Below, in pieces: positions 31,800 through 44,448 of a DNA stretch of 64,000 bases (its first letter is position 1; each line of letters begins with the position of its first letter). The notes below the pieces were generated by a model. That model saw only the letters and a list, made by a program, of their open reading frames with translations. It did not search any database and was not told where the DNA came from. The DNA is taken from assembly GCA_963783385.1 (NCBI GenBank), contig CAWANJ010000001.1, positions 192,001 through 256,000 of the forward strand, written 5' to 3'. Source of the DNA: an uncultured Gemmatimonadales bacterium. GTDB taxonomy: Bacteria > Gemmatimonadota > Gemmatimonadetes > Palauibacterales > Palauibacteraceae. The position numbers were made by a program, and so were the translations under genes.

Positions 31800-32458
31800 G
31801 TCCCGGCGCCCTCGGTCAACCGCTCGCGCAGACGGCGCTGGACCTGGCTCACCGGTCCCGTGCCGGGCACGGTCACGACCGGGACGTCGCTGGCCGCGTA
31901 CCACGCCAGGACCGGCGCCGTCTGCGTTCGGTGCACCTCGAGTCGCCGACGTACGGTCTCGGGACGGTCGTCCTCGCGCTGCTCGACCCCCGCCGAGCAC
32001 TCGGGACACGGAACTCCTTCCTCGTCCGACTCCAGCTCCTCGGCCGACCACACGGCCCCGCACTCCGGGCACACCCGCCGGGCGCTCAGACGCCGGATGA
32101 GTTCCTCTTCGGGGACCTGGAGGTCGACCACGGCGTCGAGCGACTCGCCGCGGCGTTCCAGCACGTCCCCCAGCCCTTCGGCCTGGGCCTCCGTGCGCGG
32201 AAACCCGTCCAGGATGAACCCCCTCGAGGCATCCGCGCCCCGGAGCGTCTCGTCGATCAAACCGAGGATAACCTCGTCGGGGACGAGCTCCCCTGCGTCC
32301 ATGTAGCGGCGAGCCCTCTCCCCCAGCTCGGTGCCCGCCCTGCGGGCCTCGCGCAGCATGTCACCGGTCGAGAAGCGCGGAACTCCGAGCCACTCGGCCA
32401 GCCGAGCGCCCTGGGTTCCCTTGCCCGCGCCGGGTGGACCCATGAGGACCAGCCTCAT
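31796..32458 (-). CDS. adk: Adenylate kinase (Cys4 Zn lid)
   Basis: GPPGAGKGTQ, LDGFPRT, CPEC...CPEC. Confidence 0.96.
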   Translation of the reverse strand: MRLVLMGPPGAGKGTQGARLAEWLGVPRFSTGDMLREARRAGTELGERARRYMDAGELVPDEVILGLIDETLRGADASRGFILDGFPRTEAQAEGLGDVLERRGESLDAVVDLQVPEEELIRRLSARRVCPECGAVWSAEELESDEEGVPCPECSAGVEQREDDRPETVRRRLEVHRTQTAPVLAWYAASDVPVVTVPGTGPVSQVQRRLRERLTEGAGT

Positions 32459-32459
32459 C

Positions 32460-33824
32460 CTACATGTACCGCTGTCGTGCCCGGTACTTCACCCGACCCT
32501 TCTTCATGAAGCCCTCGTAGTGACGGAGCAGGAGGTGCTGCTGCATCTGCTGAACGGTGTCGAGCGCCACCCCGACGACGATCAGGAGCGAGGTACCCCC
32601 GAAGAAGAACGTCTTGATGTCGAAGGCCGAGAAGATCCAGAAGGGCATGATCGCGATGAGAGCCAGGTACACGGCCCCGGGAAGCGTGATGCGCGTAAGC
32701 ACCCGGTCGATGTACTCGGCCGTCTGGGTGCCGGGCTTCACCCCCGGGATGAAGCCGCCCTGCTTCTTGAGATTCTCCGCCAGGTCGATCGGGTTGAAGA
32801 TGATCGACGTGTAGAAGTAGGTGAAGAAGATGATCAGGATGCTGTAGGTGATGTAGTACCAAGCTGTTCCGGGCTGGAAGGTCTGGCTGAGCGTGTACAG
32901 GATGCCCGACACGCCCGTCGTCGCTATGCCCTGCCCTCCCGTGAACGCGTACAGCGTCCCCGGAACGATGATGATCGATTGGGCGAAGATGATGGGCATC
33001 ACCCCGGCGGAGTTCACCCGCAAGGGAATGAACGACTTCTGTCCCTCGCGCACCCTGCCCCGCCCGACCACCTTCCGCGGGATCTGGACGGGGATCCTGC
33101 GGGCCGCCATCGTCAGCGCGACCACGCCGGCCACGATGCCGACCATGACCGCGGCCAGGGCGATCAGCTTGAACAGGCTGATTCCGCCGGCCCGCCACAG
33201 CTCCAGCGTGCTGGCCACGGCGCCCGGGAAGCGCTGCAGGATCGAGAAGAAGATCAGGAGCGACATGCCGTTTCCGACGCCGCGCTCGGTGATCTGCTCG
33301 CCCAGCCACATGACGAACACGCCGCCGGTGGTGAGCATGAGGATCGTCTGCAGGCGAAAGCCCCAGCCCGGATCCAGAACGGCCCCGGCCTGCGACTCCA
33401 GGAAGATCGCGTAGCCATAGGCCTGCATCACACACAGCGCCACCGTCACGTACCGGGTCCACTGCGTCAGCTTGCGGCGCCCGTCCTCCCCCTCCTTCTG
33501 CATCTTCTCGATGGTGGGGAAGACCGCGGCGAGCAGCTGGAACATGATGCTCGCCGAGATATACGGCATGATCCCCAGGGCGAACACGGTGGCCCGCTTG
33601 AGCCCCCCGCCGACGAACATGTCGTAGATGCCGAACAGGGTGCCCTGGAACTGGCCGGCCAGCTGCTCGAGCGCCACGACGTCGACGCCCGGAACGGTGA
33701 TGTGCGCGCCCAGCCGATAGACGGCCAGGCACAAAAGCGTGAAGAGGATCTTGTCCTTGAGCTCCGGAACCTTGAACAGGTTGGGGATCGCTTCGGCGGC
33801 CTTCAGACGGGAGGAAGAGGCCAT
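32460..33824 (-). CDS. secY: Preprotein translocase SecY
   Basis: ALGIMPYISASI, GVGNGMSL, AGVMPIIFA, FIPGVKPG, GGTSLLIVVGV. Confidence 0.98.
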   Translation of the reverse strand: MASSSRLKAAEAIPNLFKVPELKDKILFTLLCLAVYRLGAHITVPGVDVVALEQLAGQFQGTLFGIYDMFVGGGLKRATVFALGIMPYISASIMFQLLAAVFPTIEKMQKEGEDGRRKLTQWTRYVTVALCVMQAYGYAIFLESQAGAVLDPGWGFRLQTILMLTTGGVFVMWLGEQITERGVGNGMSLLIFFSILQRFPGAVASTLELWRAGGISLFKLIALAAVMVGIVAGVVALTMAARRIPVQIPRKVVGRGRVREGQKSFIPLRVNSAGVMPIIFAQSIIIVPGTLYAFTGGQGIATTGVSGILYTLSQTFQPGTAWYYITYSILIIFFTYFYTSIIFNPIDLAENLKKQGGFIPGVKPGTQTAEYIDRVLTRITLPGAVYLALIAIMPFWIFSAFDIKTFFFGGTSLLIVVGVALDTVQQMQQHLLLRHYEGFMKKGRVKYRARQRYM

Positions 33825-33825
33825 G

Positions 33826-34290
33826 CTAGTCGAGCACCTCGACCTGACCGCCGGCGGCCTCGATCTTCTGCCGCGCCGAGGCGCTGAACGCGTGCGCCCT
33901 CACCGTGAGGGATCGCTCCACCTCACCGATGCCGAGGATCTTCACCCGACGCGACGACGAGCCGATCAGCCCGCGCGCCTCGAGCTCGGCCGGTCCGATG
34001 TCGGTCCCGTCCACGAGCGCCAGCTCCCGAACGTTCACGACCTGGTTCTCGACCCGGTTCGGGTTGGTGAAGCCGCGCTTGGGGACCCTACGGTACAGGG
34101 GCATCTGGCCGCCTTCGAACCAGGTGCCGATCTCCTTGGCCCCGCCGCTCCGGGCCCTCTGGCCCTTGTGTCCGCGACCCGACGTCTTGCCGCGCCCTGA
34201 ACCCGGACCGCGGCCCACGCGTCGCGTGGAGTGCTGCGACCCGTCGGCCGGACTCAGGTTCTCGAGGCCCACGTGCTCGTGATCAGCCAT
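33826..34290 (-). CDS. rplO: 50S ribosomal protein L15
   Basis: RVGRGPGSGRGKTSGRGHKGQ, FEGGQMPL. Confidence 0.97.
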   Translation of the reverse strand: MADHEHVGLENLSPADGSQHSTRRVGRGPGSGRGKTSGRGHKGQRARSGGAKEIGTWFEGGQMPLYRRVPKRGFTNPNRVENQVVNVRELALVDGTDIGPAELEARGLIGSSSRRVKILGIGEVERSLTVRAHAFSASARQKIEAAGGQVEVLD

Positions 34291-34480
34291 TGTTTCCGTC
34301 GATCTCCTCGACCTCGATCAAGTGCGACACCTTTCGGAGCATGCCCCGAATGGACGGCCCGTCCTCCTTCACCACTTCATCCTGGTGATGGCGGAGCCCG
34401 AGCGCCTCGAGGGTACGACGCTGTCGACCCGGCGCCCCGTTTCCGCTGCGCACCTGTCGGATGCGGAGCTTCTTAGCCAC
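34283..34480 (-). CDS. rpmD: 50S ribosomal protein L30
   Basis: QVRS...TLEALGL...[11 protein letters not shown]; synteny. Confidence 0.95.
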   Translation of the reverse strand: MAKKLRIRQVRSGNGAPGRQRRTLEALGLRHHQDEVVKEDGPSIRGMLRKVSHLIEVEEIDGNNG

Positions 34481-34988
34481 GCATGGCCTCCCGGATCACC
34501 TCGACGTCGACCCCGCGCTCGTAGGCCGCCTGCTCGGGCGTGACCAGGCTGGTGAGCCCCTGCATCGTGGCACGCACCATGTTGATCGGGTTGTTCGACC
34601 CCAGGCTCTTGGTGAGGATGTCCTGGTAGCCCGCGCACTCCAGAACGGCGCGCACCGGCCCGCCCGCGATAACTCCGGTCCCCGGCCGTGCCGGCTTGAG
34701 AAGGACCTTGCCGGCTCCGAACGCTCCCACGATCTCGTGCGGAACGGTACCCTTCCCGATCGGCACCTCGACCATGGTCTTCTTGGCCTGATCGATCGCC
34801 TTTCGGATGGCCTCTGCCACCTCGTTGGCCTTGGCCAGCGCGGTCCCGACCCGGCCCTGACCGTCGCCCACCGCGACCAGGGCGGTGAAGGAGAACCTGC
34901 GTCCTCCCTTCACCACCTTGGACACGCGGTTGATGTCGATCACGTTCTCGCGAAGGTTCTCGCCTTCGTCGCGTCGCCTCTTCGCCAC
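34473..34988 (-). CDS. rpsE: 30S ribosomal protein S5
   Basis: [22 protein letters not shown]. Confidence 0.97.
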   Translation of the reverse strand: MAKRRRDEGENLRENVIDINRVSKVVKGGRRFSFTALVAVGDGQGRVGTALAKANEVAEAIRKAIDQAKKTMVEVPIGKGTVPHEIVGAFGAGKVLLKPARPGTGVIAGGPVRAVLECAGYQDILTKSLGSNNPINMVRATMQGLTSLVTPEQAAYERGVDVEVIREAMRG

Positions 34989-35018
34989 CGTACCTCTCAG
35001 CTCACCGTTTACACGCGA

Positions 35019-35396
35019 TCAGAATTCGAGGCCGCCCTCGCGGGCGCCCTCGGCGAAGGCCTTCACCCGACCGTGGTACGGGAAGCCGCCGCGGTCGAAC
35101 ACCACGCGCTCGATGCCGACCTCCTTCGCACGCCGGGCCAGGAGACGGCCCGCCGCGAAGCTCGCCGGGAAAGCGACCGCATCCTCCGGCATGACCTCCG
35201 CCACCTCGGGAGACCGGGTGGAGGCTCCCACCAGCGTCACGCCCCGGTCGTCGTCCACGACCTGGCCCTCGATGTTCCGGTGGCTGCGAGCCACGACCAG
35301 GCGCGGCCGCTCCGCGGTTCCCCGTACCTTTCTCTGGATACGCGCGTGGCGCCGGGCACGCCGCCGCCGACGCTCCATCACCCTGTCCGTCGCCAT
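35019..35396 (-). CDS. rplR: 50S ribosomal protein L18
   Basis: RPRLVV, FDRGGFPYHGRV. Confidence 0.97.
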   Translation of the reverse strand: MATDRVMERRRRRARRHARIQRKVRGTAERPRLVVARSHRNIEGQVVDDDRGVTLVGASTRSPEVAEVMPEDAVAFPASFAAGRLLARRAKEVGIERVVFDRGGFPYHGRVKAFAEGAREGGLEF

Positions 35397-35440
35397 CCTC
35401 GCCTCTCCTCCGTATGCCTGTCTGCTCGATCCGGGGGCGC

Positions 35441-35989
35441 CTACAGCGTGCCGCTGACGGCCGCCTTGCCGGCCTTGCGGCGGACCTGTTCGCCCACGTA
35501 CCGGATTCCCTTGCCCTTGTAGGGCTCCGGAGGCCGGACGTGCCGGATCTCGGCGGCGACCTCGCCCACCGTCTGCTTGTCGGCCCCGTTCACGTGAATC
35601 AGGGTGGGGCTCTCGAGCTCGATCTCGATGCCTTCGGGCACGTCGAACTCGACGGGGTGGCTGAACCCGACGTTGAGCACGAGGTTCCGTCCCCGCTTCT
35701 CCCCGCGGTAGCCGACACCCTGGATCTCGAGCGAGCGCCGGAACCCCTCGGTGACCCCCTGGACCATGTTGGCGATCAGGCTCCGTGTGAGGCCGTGCAG
35801 GGCCCGGTGCCGCGCCTGGTCCGTCGGGCGGCGCACCACGAGCTCTCCGTCCGTCACCTCGATCTGCATGTCCGGATCGAACCGCTGCTCGAGATCGCCC
35901 CTGGGGCCCTTCACGGACACCGTCGAGCCGTCCACCCGAACCTCGACGCCATCGGGGATGACCACCGGCAGCCTACCCACTCTCGACAT
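35441..35989 (-). CDS. rplF: 50S ribosomal protein L6
   Basis: [19 protein letters not shown]. Confidence 0.97.
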   Translation of the reverse strand: MSRVGRLPVVIPDGVEVRVDGSTVSVKGPRGDLEQRFDPDMQIEVTDGELVVRRPTDQARHRALHGLTRSLIANMVQGVTEGFRRSLEIQGVGYRGEKRGRNLVLNVGFSHPVEFDVPEGIEIELESPTLIHVNGADKQTVGEVAAEIRHVRPPEPYKGKGIRYVGEQVRRKAGKAAVSGTL

Positions 35990-36003
35990 CGTCGCTCCCC
36001 GCT

Positions 36004-36402
36004 CTAGTAGACGCGCGCCAGGACTTCGCCACCCACGCGCTGGCTGCGCGCCTCCCGGTCGCTCATCACGCCCCGCGAGGTGGAGAGGATGGAGATCCCG
36101 AGGCCCGATCGAACCTTGGGGATCGAGTCCGCCGCCACGTAGCGCCGCAGCCCGGGCCTCGACACGCGCTCCACGGCCCGGATCACGGGACGGTCTTCGT
36201 CCGTGTACTTCAGGTACACCCTCAGCACGCCATGCCGGCCGTCATCCAGGACCTTGAAGTCGTGGACGAAGTGGTTCTCCTTCAGGACGCGGGCGATCTC
36301 GATCTTCAGCTTGGAGATCGGCATGTCCACCCGGCGGTGTCCCGCCCGGCACGCGTTCCTGACCCGGGTCAGCATGTCCGCGATAGGATCGTTCAGACTC
36401 AT
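36004..36402 (-). CDS. rpsH: 30S ribosomal protein S8
   Basis: [25 protein letters not shown]. Confidence 0.97.
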   Translation of the reverse strand: MSLNDPIADMLTRVRNACRAGHRRVDMPISKLKIEIARVLKENHFVHDFKVLDDGRHGVLRVYLKYTDEDRPVIRAVERVSRPGLRRYVAADSIPKVRSGLGISILSTSRGVMSDREARSQRVGGEVLARVY

Positions 36403-36406
36403 CGCG

Positions 36407-36592
36407 TCACCAGCTCGCCTTCCTGACGCCGGGGATCTCCCCGCGCAGCGCCAGCTCCCTGAAGCACAGCCGGCACAGCCCGAACTTGCGCATGAATGCG
36501 CGAGCCCGCCCGCACCGGTTGCACCGGTTCTTTCCGCGGGTGCTGAACTTCGGCTCCTTCCTCGACTTCTCGATCAGCGCTTTTCTCGCCAT
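36407..36592 (-). CDS. rpsN: 30S ribosomal protein S14 (Zn-binding type Z)
   Basis: RCNRCGR...LCRLCFRE...IPGVRKASW. Confidence 0.97.
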   Translation of the reverse strand: MARKALIEKSRKEPKFSTRGKNRCNRCGRARAFMRKFGLCRLCFRELALRGEIPGVRKASW

Positions 36593-36644
36593 GAATTCCT
36601 TTCGGGTCCTTCCGGATCGAACGGTCCGCCCGTGGCCTCGTGCC

Positions 36645-37220
36645 TCACACCACGACCGGCGTCTCGCCCCTGAACGGCATTCCCAGCTCCCGAAGGAGCA
36701 CGAGCCCCTCGTCGTCCTTGTCGGTCGTCGTGACGAAGGTGATGTCCATGCCGTACACCTTGACCACCTCGTCGACGTCGACCTCGGGGAAGATCAGCTG
36801 CTCCTTGACCCCCACCGTGTAGTTGCCGCGGCCGTCGAACGACCGGCTGTTGAAGCCCCTGAAGTCACGAATTCGCGGCACCGCAGTGCTGATGAAGCGG
36901 TCCAGGAATTCGTACATGCGGCTCCTGCGCAGGGTCACCTTGATCCCGATCGGCATGCCCTCGCGCAGGTTGAAGTTCGAGATCGACCGCTTGGCCCGCG
37001 TCACGATGGGCCTCTGCCCCGTCACCAACGCCAGCTCGTGCTGGGCCGCCTCGAGCAGCTTGGGATCGTCTTTGGCGTCACCCAGTCCCGAGTTGAGCAC
37101 GATCTTGTCCAGTCGCGGAATCTCGTGCGGGTTCTCGAACCCGAACGTCTCGCGCAACCGGTCGCGCACCTGGGACTCGTAGTGTTCGTGCAGCCTCGCT
37201 CTGCTCATCCTGCCCATCAC
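36645..37220 (-). CDS. rplE: 50S ribosomal protein L5
   Basis: [20 protein letters not shown]; true start may be ATG 37217 or 37208. Confidence 0.97.
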   Translation of the reverse strand: MMGRMSRARLHEHYESQVRDRLRETFGFENPHEIPRLDKIVLNSGLGDAKDDPKLLEAAQHELALVTGQRPIVTRAKRSISNFNLREGMPIGIKVTLRRSRMYEFLDRFISTAVPRIRDFRGFNSRSFDGRGNYTVGVKEQLIFPEVDVDEVVKVYGMDITFVTTTDKDDEGLVLLRELGMPFRGETPVVV

Positions 37221-37266
37221 TCTATGGTTACCGGGAAGCTGGCTCCCGTGGTCCGAACGCCGCAGC

Positions 37267-37599
37267 TCACGGCGTCGGGATCGGCTCCCCGCACTTCTTG
37301 CAGATGCGCTCGACCGTCCCGTCGGCGTCGCGACGACGACCCGCCCGCGCCGCCTCGTCGCAATGCGGGCAGACGAGCAGGACGTTGGACGCGTCGATGG
37401 GCGCCTCGAAGGTCACGATTCCGCCCTCGGGGTTCTGGGGCGAGGGACGCTGGTGCCGCTTTCTCATGTTGACGCCGTCCACGACCACGCGCCGGCGAGA
37501 TGGGATGGCGCGAATGACCTGACCGCGCGCCCCCCGGTAGTTGCCGGCGATGACCTCCACTCGATCGCCCTTGCGGACGTGCAAAGACTTCCCAGCCAT
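37267..37599 (-). CDS. rplX: 50S ribosomal protein L24
   Basis: [19 protein letters not shown]. Confidence 0.97.
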   Translation of the reverse strand: MAGKSLHVRKGDRVEVIAGNYRGARGQVIRAIPSRRRVVVDGVNMRKRHQRPSPQNPEGGIVTFEAPIDASNVLLVCPHCDEAARAGRRRDADGTVERICKKCGEPIPTP

Positions 37600-37606
37600 G
37601 TCTTCC

Positions 37607-37975
37607 TCAGATCACTTCCGGAGCCAGCGACACGATCTTCATGAACTGCTTGTCCCGGAGCTCTCGCGCCACCGGGCCGAAGATGCGCGTCGCACGAGGC
37701 TCTCCGGCGTCGTTGATGAGCACGGCGGCGTTCTCGTCGAACCGGATGTAGGTCCCGTCCGCACGTCGGTTCTCCCGTGCCGTCCGCACGATCACGGCCC
37801 TGGCCACTTCGCCCTTCTTCACCTGGCCGCCCGGGATCGCGTCCTTGACCGTCACGACGATCACATCCCCGAGGCCCGCATAGCGGCGCTTGGAGCCGCC
37901 CAGGACCCGGATGCACCGGGCCCGGCGCGCCCCGGAATTGTCCGCGATGCGGACGTCGGTCTCCTGCTGGATCAT
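37607..37975 (-). CDS. rplN: 50S ribosomal protein L14
   Basis: [23 protein letters not shown]. Confidence 0.97.
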   Translation of the reverse strand: MIQQETDVRIADNSGARRARCIRVLGGSKRRYAGLGDVIVVTVKDAIPGGQVKKGEVARAVIVRTARENRRADGTYIRFDENAAVLINDAGEPRATRIFGPVARELRDKQFMKIVSLAPEVI

Positions 37976-37991
37976 CGCTCCGCCCTTCCGT

Positions 37992-38276
37992 CTACTCGGG
38001 CCGCTCGAGAAGCTCGACCACCCGCCAGCGCTTCTGCTTCGACAGCGGCCGCGTCTCCTCGATGCGGACCACGTCGCCCTCCCGATATTCGTTCGCCTCG
38101 TCGTGGGCGTAGAACCTGGAGTGGCGGGTGATCTGCTTCGTATAGAGCCGGTGCGCGAATTGACGCTCCACCGAGACCACGACCGTCTTGTCCATCCGGT
38201 CGCTCACGATGGTGCCGACCCGCACCTTGCGACGTCCCTCCGGACGCGCCTCGCTCTTGACTGCCTCTTCGCTCAT
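37992..38276 (-). CDS. rpsQ: 30S ribosomal protein S17
   Basis: [18 protein letters not shown]. Confidence 0.97.
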   Translation of the reverse strand: MSEEAVKSEARPEGRRKVRVGTIVSDRMDKTVVVSVERQFAHRLYTKQITRHSRFYAHDEANEYREGDVVRIEETRPLSKQKRWRVVELLERPE

Positions 38277-38343
38277 CCTCGTCCTCGTCGGTGCTGTTCG
38301 GGCCGCGACGCTGGCCGCTCGGACCGCGCCCTCCCGGTCCGGC

Positions 38344-38565
38344 TCACTCCGTTCCCTCCGCCGCGCCCGCCGTCTCCGCCAGGCGTCGCTCGTGACGGAT
38401 CGTCTTCAGACGCGCGACGTCTCGCCGCAGCTGTCTCAGCAGGATCGGGTTCTCCAGCTCCTGGTAGGCTTTGCGGAACCCGAGCCGGAAGATCTCCCGC
38501 TCCGCCTCCGCGATCCTCTCCACGATCTGGTCGTCCGTGAGCTCCCGGATCTCGCTCGCCTTCAT
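38344..38565 (-). CDS. rpmC: 50S ribosomal protein L29
   Basis: [18 protein letters not shown]. Confidence 0.96.
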   Translation of the reverse strand: MKASEIRELTDDQIVERIAEAEREIFRLGFRKAYQELENPILLRQLRRDVARLKTIRHERRLAETAGAAEGTE

Positions 38566-38569
38566 CGCC

Positions 38570-38980
38570 TCAATCCTGCCGTTCCATGAAGCGCGTCTTC
38601 AGCGGGAGCTTGGCCGCGGCCAGGTCCATCGCGCGCTGCGCCACCTCGGCCGACACGCCCTCGAGCTCGAAGATCACGCGTCCGGGCCGCACGACCGCCA
38701 CCCAGATCTCGGGGTTGCCCTTCCCCTTCCCCATCCGGACCTCGGCGGGCTTCTTGGTGAGCGGCTTGTCGGGGAAGATGCGGATCCAGACCTTGCCGCC
38801 GCGCTTGATGTGACGCGTCATCGCCACGCGCGCGGCCTCGATCTGCCGGTTCGAGATGCGTGCCGGCTCGATCGCCTGGAGACCGTAGTCCCCGAACGCC
38901 ACCGTGTTGCCACGCGTGGCCTTGCCACGCATGCGGCCCTTCTGCTGCTTCCGGTACTTGACCCTGCTGGGCTGGAGCAT
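38570..38980 (-). CDS. rplP: 50S ribosomal protein L16
   Basis: [16 protein letters not shown]. Confidence 0.97.
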   Translation of the reverse strand: MLQPSRVKYRKQQKGRMRGKATRGNTVAFGDYGLQAIEPARISNRQIEAARVAMTRHIKRGGKVWIRIFPDKPLTKKPAEVRMGKGKGNPEIWVAVVRPGRVIFELEGVSAEVAQRAMDLAAAKLPLKTRFMERQD

Positions 38981-38995
38981 GCTTCCCCCCGGCGC

Positions 38996-39664
38996 CTAGC
39001 GGCCGCCACCGGCCGTGTAGGTCTGGCCACGGCGGTCCTCGACCACCTCGCCCTTGAAGATCCAGACCTTCACCCCGATGGTGCCGAACGTCGTCTTGGC
39101 CGTCTTCTGTGCGTAATCGATGTCCGCGCGGATGGTGTGCAGCGGCACGCGGCCTTCGTGGTATCCCTCGGTACGGGCGATCTCCGCGCCGCCCAGCCGC
39201 CCGGCACACTGGATCTTGATGCCCTCGGCGCCGGCGCGCATGGCGTTCTGGACCGCGCGGCGCATGGCGCGGCGGAAGCTGATCCGCTGCATGAGCTGGT
39301 GCACCACGTTGTCCGCCACCAGGTGCGCATCCGTCTCGGGACGCTTGACCTCCTCGACGTTGATGGACACCTCGGCGTCCGTGAGCAGCGCGAGCTCGTC
39401 CCGGAGCTTGTCGACCTCCGAGCCGCCCTTGCCGATGACCACGCCGGGCCTGCCGGTGTGGATGTTCACGACGATCTTGGACGGCTTTCGCTCGATCTCC
39501 ACCGTGGACACGGCGGCGTGGCCCAACCGCGCGTGCAGGTACTTACGGAGCGTCTCGTCCTCGGCCAGCAGCTCGGGAAACTCGTCCCCCTGGGCGAACC
39601 AGCGGGATTTCCAGTTCTTGATGTGGCCGAGCCGGAACCCGTACGGGTGTGTCTTCTGACCCAC
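38996..39664 (-). CDS. rpsC: 30S ribosomal protein S3
   Basis: [33 protein letters not shown]; GTG start. Confidence 0.97.
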   Translation of the reverse strand: MGQKTHPYGFRLGHIKNWKSRWFAQGDEFPELLAEDETLRKYLHARLGHAAVSTVEIERKPSKIVVNIHTGRPGVVIGKGGSEVDKLRDELALLTDAEVSINVEEVKRPETDAHLVADNVVHQLMQRISFRRAMRRAVQNAMRAGAEGIKIQCAGRLGGAEIARTEGYHEGRVPLHTIRADIDYAQKTAKTTFGTIGVKVWIFKGEVVEDRRGQTYTAGGGR

Positions 39665-39666
39665 GC

Positions 39667-40026
39667 TTACTCCTTCGTGTCCACGACGACCGTGACGTGG
39701 CTCGATCGCTTGCGGATCGGGGTGGCCCGTCCGAACGCGCGGGCCTTCCACCGCTTGAGGGTGGGGCCTTCGTCCACGAAGGCCTCCCTCACGTACAGCT
39801 CGTCCACGTCGAGCACCTCGCCGTCCTGGTCCGCCTTGTAGACCGCGTTGGCCACGGCCGAGCGAAGCACCTTGTCGATGGGCTCGGAGGCGGCCTTCTT
39901 CGAAAAGCGGAGGATGCCGTACGCTTCGTTGACGTTCTTGCCACGGATGGCGTCGATGACCAGCCGCATCTTGCGCGGCGACATCCCTACGCCCCTGGCG
40001 ATAGCTCGTGCTTCCATGGCCCCCAT
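39667..40026 (-). CDS. rplV: 50S ribosomal protein L22
   Basis: [20 protein letters not shown]; start 40026 or 40017. Confidence 0.97.
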   Translation of the reverse strand: MGAMEARAIARGVGMSPRKMRLVIDAIRGKNVNEAYGILRFSKKAASEPIDKVLRSAVANAVYKADQDGEVLDVDELYVREAFVDEGPTLKRWKARAFGRATPIRKRSSHVTVVVDTKE

Positions 40027-40046
40027 GGCGCTCTCCCCTCGAATCC

Positions 40047-40334
40047 CTACAGGACCGCCCGGCGGTCCTTGGCCATGCGGCCGCCGTGTCCGCGGAACAG
40101 GCGGGTCGGTGCGAACTCCCCGAGCTTGTGCCCGACCATGTTCTCGGTGATGTAGACGGGGATGAACTTGTTGCCGTTGTGTACGGCAATCGTGTGGCCC
40201 ACGAACTCGGGGCTGATGGTGGACGCCCTGGACCACGTCTTGATCACCCGCTTGTCTCCGGACTTGTTCATCCGCTGCACCTTGAGGAGCAGCTTCTCAT
40301 CGATGAACGGTCCCTTCTTGACACTTCTGGGCAT
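40047..40334 (-). CDS. rpsS: 30S ribosomal protein S19
   Basis: [22 protein letters not shown]. Confidence 0.97.
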   Translation of the reverse strand: MPRSVKKGPFIDEKLLLKVQRMNKSGDKRVIKTWSRASTISPEFVGHTIAVHNGNKFIPVYITENMVGHKLGEFAPTRLFRGHGGRMAKDRRAVL

Positions 40335-40349
40335 GGCTCTCCGTCCCGC

Positions 40350-41192
40350 CTACTTCGTACTCTTGCCGCGACGCCGTCCGCGGACGATGTACTGGTTGCT
40401 CTTCTTGTTCCGGTCCCGCGTCTTGGTGCCTTCCGGCTTGCCCCACGGTGTGACCGGAGGCCGACCGCCGGACGTGCGGCCCTCGCCGCCGCCGAGCGGG
40501 TGGTCGATGGGGTTCATGGCCACGCCCCGCACCTTGGGACGGCGGCCCATCCAGCGGCTGCGTCCCGCCTTCCCCCACGTCACGAGCTCGTGGTCCACGT
40601 TGCCGACCTGGCCGATGGTGGCGCGGCACTCGCCGCGGACCATGCGGACCTCGGTGCTCGGCAGCTTGAGCGTGACCATGTCGCCCTCGCGGGCCACGAC
40701 CTGGACGCCGGTCCCGGCCGAACGCGCCATCTGCGCACCCTTGCCGGGAACGAGCTCGACCGCGTGCACTGTGGTGCCCAGGGGCACCTGCGAGAGCGGC
40801 AGGTTGTTCCCCACCCGGATCTCGACGCCCCGCCCCGACACGATCTCGTCGCCCACCCGGAGATCGCGCGGATGGACGATGTAGCGCTTCTCCCCGTCCG
40901 CGTAATTCAGGAGGGCGATGCGCGCCGAGCGGTTCGGATCGTACTCGATCTCGGCCACCCGTGCCGGCACGCCATCCTTGTCCGTCCGGCGGAAGTCGAT
41001 CTTACGATAGCGCCGCTTGTGGCCTCCGCCGCGGCGGCGCATCGTGATATGCCCGTTATGGTTGCGGCCAGCCTTCTTCGACAGGCCCTCCGTGAGCGAC
41101 CGCTCCGGCTCGGTGCGGGTGACCTCGTCGAAGGTCGAGACAGACCGGAACCTCCGGCTGGAGGTGACGGGCCTGAACTTCTTGATCGGCAT
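40350..41192 (-). CDS. rplB: 50S ribosomal protein L2
   Basis: [25 protein letters not shown]. Confidence 0.98.
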   Translation of the reverse strand: MPIKKFRPVTSSRRFRSVSTFDEVTRTEPERSLTEGLSKKAGRNHNGHITMRRRGGGHKRRYRKIDFRRTDKDGVPARVAEIEYDPNRSARIALLNYADGEKRYIVHPRDLRVGDEIVSGRGVEIRVGNNLPLSQVPLGTTVHAVELVPGKGAQMARSAGTGVQVVAREGDMVTLKLPSTEVRMVRGECRATIGQVGNVDHELVTWGKAGRSRWMGRRPKVRGVAMNPIDHPLGGGEGRTSGGRPPVTPWGKPEGTKTRDRNKKSNQYIVRGRRRGKSTK

Positions 41193-41197
41193 CCTTC

Positions 41198-41491
41198 TCA
41201 GACTCCCTCGTAGACGTCGATCGAGTCGCCATCCGCCAGCGTGACGAGGGCCTTCTTCCAGTTGGCCCTCCGTCCCAGCGCGTACCGGACACGCCGCTTC
41301 TTGCCCGCCATGTTCATCGTGCGGACATCCACGACTTTGACCTCGAACAGCTCCTCGACGGCCCGGCGGATCTCCGGCTTGGTAGCGTCCGCCGCCACCT
41401 CGAACGCGTACCGGTTCTCATCGAACTGGAGCCGCGTGCTCTTCTCGGTGATGATCGGTCGGATCACGATCTTCTCAGCCGAGCGCTGCAT
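41198..41491 (-). CDS. rplW: 50S ribosomal protein L23
   Basis: [15 protein letters not shown]. Confidence 0.97.
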   Translation of the reverse strand: MQRSAEKIVIRPIITEKSTRLQFDENRYAFEVAADATKPEIRRAVEELFEVKVVDVRTMNMAGKKRRVRYALGRRANWKKALVTLADGDSIDVYEGV

Positions 41492-42153
41492 CAGGACTCC
41501 TCCTCGCTACCGGCCTCGTCGGGCGTCGCTCCGCCCTCGTCAGCCGCACCTTCCCAGGCGCCTTCCTCCACGACCAGCACGTCGGCTCGCAGGAGGTCGT
41601 ACGCCGACGCCTCGCCCCAGGGCTTCACTTCCACGCCCGGGATGTTGCGCGCCGACAGGTACAGGATCCGCTTGAGCCCGTCGGTCAGGAACAGCACCCT
41701 GCGCTCGCCGATCCCCATGCCCTCGAGCAGGGCCGTCACCGTCCGCGTCCGGGGGCTGTCCAGCTCCAGCGGAGCCATCACGAGGAGGTTGCCCTCCAGG
41801 GCACGGGCGTTGAGAGCCGACTGGATGGCCAGTCGGTTCAGCTTCTTGGGCACCCGCTTGTCGTAGCCCCGGGGCTGCGGCCCGAAGGTGACCACCCCGC
41901 CCCGCCACAGCGGCGAGCGGATCGTCCCCTGCCTGGCCCGACCGGTGCCCTTCTGCCTCCAGGGCTTCCGACCGCCTCCCGAGACGGTCGCGTACGTCCT
42001 CGTCGAGGCGTTCCCCTGCCGCTGGTTCGCACGGCGCGCCGTGATCACCTGGTGCAGGACGCCCTGGTTCACGGTCCCGTCGAACAGCGCTTCGGGAAGC
42101 TCCACGGGACGCGAGCGCTCCTCGCCGTCCGCCGTATATGCCTTTGCCTTCAT
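41491..42153 (-). CDS. rplD: 50S ribosomal protein L4
   Basis: KPWRQKGTGRARQG. Confidence 0.97.
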   Translation of the reverse strand: MKAKAYTADGEERSRPVELPEALFDGTVNQGVLHQVITARRANQRQGNASTRTYATVSGGGRKPWRQKGTGRARQGTIRSPLWRGGVVTFGPQPRGYDKRVPKKLNRLAIQSALNARALEGNLLVMAPLELDSPRTRTVTALLEGMGIGERRVLFLTDGLKRILYLSARNIPGVEVKPWGEASAYDLLRADVLVVEEGAWEGAADEGGATPDEAGSEEES

Positions 42154-42207
42154 GCCCTCACGTCCTTCGCCCCGCGGCTCTGCTCACGGCGGCGAGCCTT
42201 CGGCCTC

Positions 42208-42831
42208 TCACGTCGCACGGATCAGCACGATGTTGTTGCGTGCACCCGGGACCGCCCCCCTGACGAGGAGCAGGTTCTTCTCCGGGTCGACCTTCTCGAT
42301 GCGCAGGTTGAGGACCGTGCGCTGCTTGTGGCCCATCTGCCCGGCCATCTTGCGGCCCTTGATCACCCGCGAGGGGTCGGTGCCCGGCCCGATCGAGCCG
42401 GGTGCGCGCAGGATGGAACTCCCGCCGTGCGAGCCGCGGCCTCCTCCGAAGCCGTGCCGCTTGACGACGCCCGCGAACCCGCGGCCCTTGGTCCGACCCG
42501 AGATCTTGACCCGCTGTCCCGGCTCGAACATCTCCACCGTGAGGACCTGGCCGGCCTCGTACTCCTCGCCCTCGTCCGGCTCGAACTCGGCCAGCACCCG
42601 GGGCACGTAGTCGAGCCCCGCCCGGGCGGCGTGTCCGGCCTCGGGCCTCTTGACGCGCCGGTCCTTCTTGCGGCCGAAGCCCAGCTGGAGGGAGGCGTAG
42701 CCGTCTCGCTCCGCGGTCTTCACCTGGAGAACGGGACAGGGGCCGGCCTCGAGGACCGTGACGCCCACCGCCTCACCGCTCTCGGTGAAGATCTGGGTCA
42801 TGCCGACTTTCTTGCCGATCAGTCCTGGCAT
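42208..42831 (-). CDS. rplC: 50S ribosomal protein L3
   Basis: [23 protein letters not shown]. Confidence 0.97.
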   Translation of the reverse strand: MPGLIGKKVGMTQIFTESGEAVGVTVLEAGPCPVLQVKTAERDGYASLQLGFGRKKDRRVKRPEAGHAARAGLDYVPRVLAEFEPDEGEEYEAGQVLTVEMFEPGQRVKISGRTKGRGFAGVVKRHGFGGGRGSHGGSSILRAPGSIGPGTDPSRVIKGRKMAGQMGHKQRTVLNLRIEKVDPEKNLLLVRGAVPGARNNIVLIRAT

Positions 42832-42835
42832 GCGG

Positions 42836-43147
42836 CTAACTCTGCACCTTGATTTCCACGTCCACGCCCGCCGCCAGGTCCAGCTTCGTCAGCGCATCGA
42901 TCGTCTGCGGCCTCGAATCGTGGATATCGATGAGCCGCTTGTGCGTCTTGAGCTCGAACTGCTCTCTGGCCTTCTTGTCCTTGTGGGGACTCTTGAGGAC
43001 CGTGAACAGCTGGCGGCGCGTGGGGAGCGGGATGGGCCCGCTCACGCTGGCACCGGTCTTCTCGGCCGTGCGCACGATGTCGGCGGCGGTCTGGTCGATC
43101 ACCGCCGGGTCGAACGCCTTGAGCCGGATACGAATCTTGTCAGCCAT
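42836..43147 (-). CDS. rpsJ: 30S ribosomal protein S10
   Basis: [21 protein letters not shown]. Confidence 0.97.
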   Translation of the reverse strand: MADKIRIRLKAFDPAVIDQTAADIVRTAEKTGASVSGPIPLPTRRQLFTVLKSPHKDKKAREQFELKTHKRLIDIHDSRPQTIDALTKLDLAAGVDVEIKVQS

Positions 43148-43189
43148 GACTGTCCTGTCCTTCGGAGGAGCGTCGCACGAAGTGCGGCA

Positions 43190-44386
<1,197 letters not shown>

Positions 44387-44448
44387 CGGAAGGCTCCTCT
44401 ATCCCTTTCGTTCTCTTCTCGTACCGGCGCGTCCGGGAGGCGTGACCC